From assembly GCF_036365525.1 (NCBI RefSeq), contig NC_090388.1:64133726-64197725 (forward strand): a DNA stretch of 64,000 bases. The letters run 5' to 3'. Each line of letters begins with the position of its first letter. Position 1 is the stretch's first letter. A program made the translations under genes and the position numbers. This DNA comes from Heterodontus francisci. Lineage: Eukaryota. Shown here piece after piece: positions 63,201 through 64,000 of this stretch. The notes beneath the pieces are model-generated. The model was not told the origin of the DNA. It ran no database searches and worked only from the letters and a program-made list of their open reading frames with translations.

Positions 63201-63946
63201 GTGTGCCACAGGGATCAGGAGCCTCAACTTTTTACAATTATATAATTGACTTAGATAAAAGGGACCGAAGGTATGGTTGCTAAATTTGCTGATGACCCAA
63301 AGATAGGTAGGAAAGTAAGTTGTGAAGAGGACATAAGGAGGCTACAAAGAGATATAGATAGGTTAAGTGAGTGGGCAAAGATCTGGCAAGTGGAGTATAA
63401 AGTGGGAAAATGTGAAATTGCCCATTTTGGCAGGAAGAATAAAAATGCATATTATCTAAATGGTGAGAGATTGCAGAGCTGCAGAGGGATCTGGGTGTCC
63501 TAGTGCATGAATCACAAAAGGTTAGTATGCAGGTTCAGGAAGTTATTAGGAAAACTAAAGAATGTTATCATTTATTGCAAGGGAAATGGAATACAAAAGT
63601 AGGGAGGTTATGCTTCAGTTATACAGGGCATTGGTGAAACTACACCTGGAGTACTATGTACAGTATTGGTCTCCTTAAGGAAGGATGTAAATATGTTGGA
63701 AGCAGTTCAAAGAAGGTTTAGTAGACGAATACCTGGAATGGGCAGGATGTCCCATGAGAAAAGCTTGGACAGACTAGGCTTGTATCTACTGGAGTTTAGA
63801 AAAGTAAGATGCAACTTGATTAAAACATAAAAGATCCTGAGGAGTCTTGACAGGGTGGATGTGGAAAGGATGTTTCCTTTTGTGGGAGAATCTAGAACTA
63901 GAGGACACCCATTAAGACCAAGATGAGGAGAATTCTTTTCTCAGAG
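60280..63946 (+). mobile_element. Near full-length degenerate CR1 LINE (ORF1 zinc finger plus SGNH esterase-like; ORF2 APE-RT)
   Basis: LCCNCEMWD...HVCR, VVVVGNS, VGTNG, DGLHLN; LNARSIQNK, FRKDRK.GKGGGVAL, DWKIANLTPLFKKG, KFADDPKIG; many stops and deletions. Confidence 0.88.
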
Positions 63947-64000
63947 GTTCAAATTAGTCACAATACCATAGAGGAGGAATTCTTGGAGTGTATACGGGAT

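Noticed and set aside
35000-64000. A second host gene upstream of AASS
   Set aside because: All recognisable coding sequence is TE-derived; small exons could have been missed by eye

Overview
Vertebrate genomic DNA, most likely shark/elasmobranch given the HE1-type V-SINEs, DeuSINE-like remnants and CR1/L2/Penelope repertoire. The only host gene I can support is the 5' part of AASS (alpha-aminoadipic semialdehyde synthase) on the minus strand. It has seven GT-AG coding exons (22179->853, 906 nt, 302 aa of the lysine-ketoglutarate reductase domain) and a candidate non-coding exon 1/promoter near 34.3-34.5 kb. Nearly everything else is nested transposable elements: CR1, L2, RTE, Tx1 and Penelope retroelements, a Gmr1-type Gypsy provirus, several solo LTRs, hAT and Harbinger-like relics, SINEs and satellites. 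The most unusual observation is a ~3.3-kb LINE (55332-58605) with no ORF1. It begins with a tRNA-Thr(AGT)-like head carrying A/B boxes, and its sense strand is almost free of TTTT Pol III terminators, so it is a candidate Pol III-transcribed autonomous retrotransposon. Most short ORFs in the track are repeat artefacts. All calls are by eye; repeat boundaries are approximate and family names need database confirmation.
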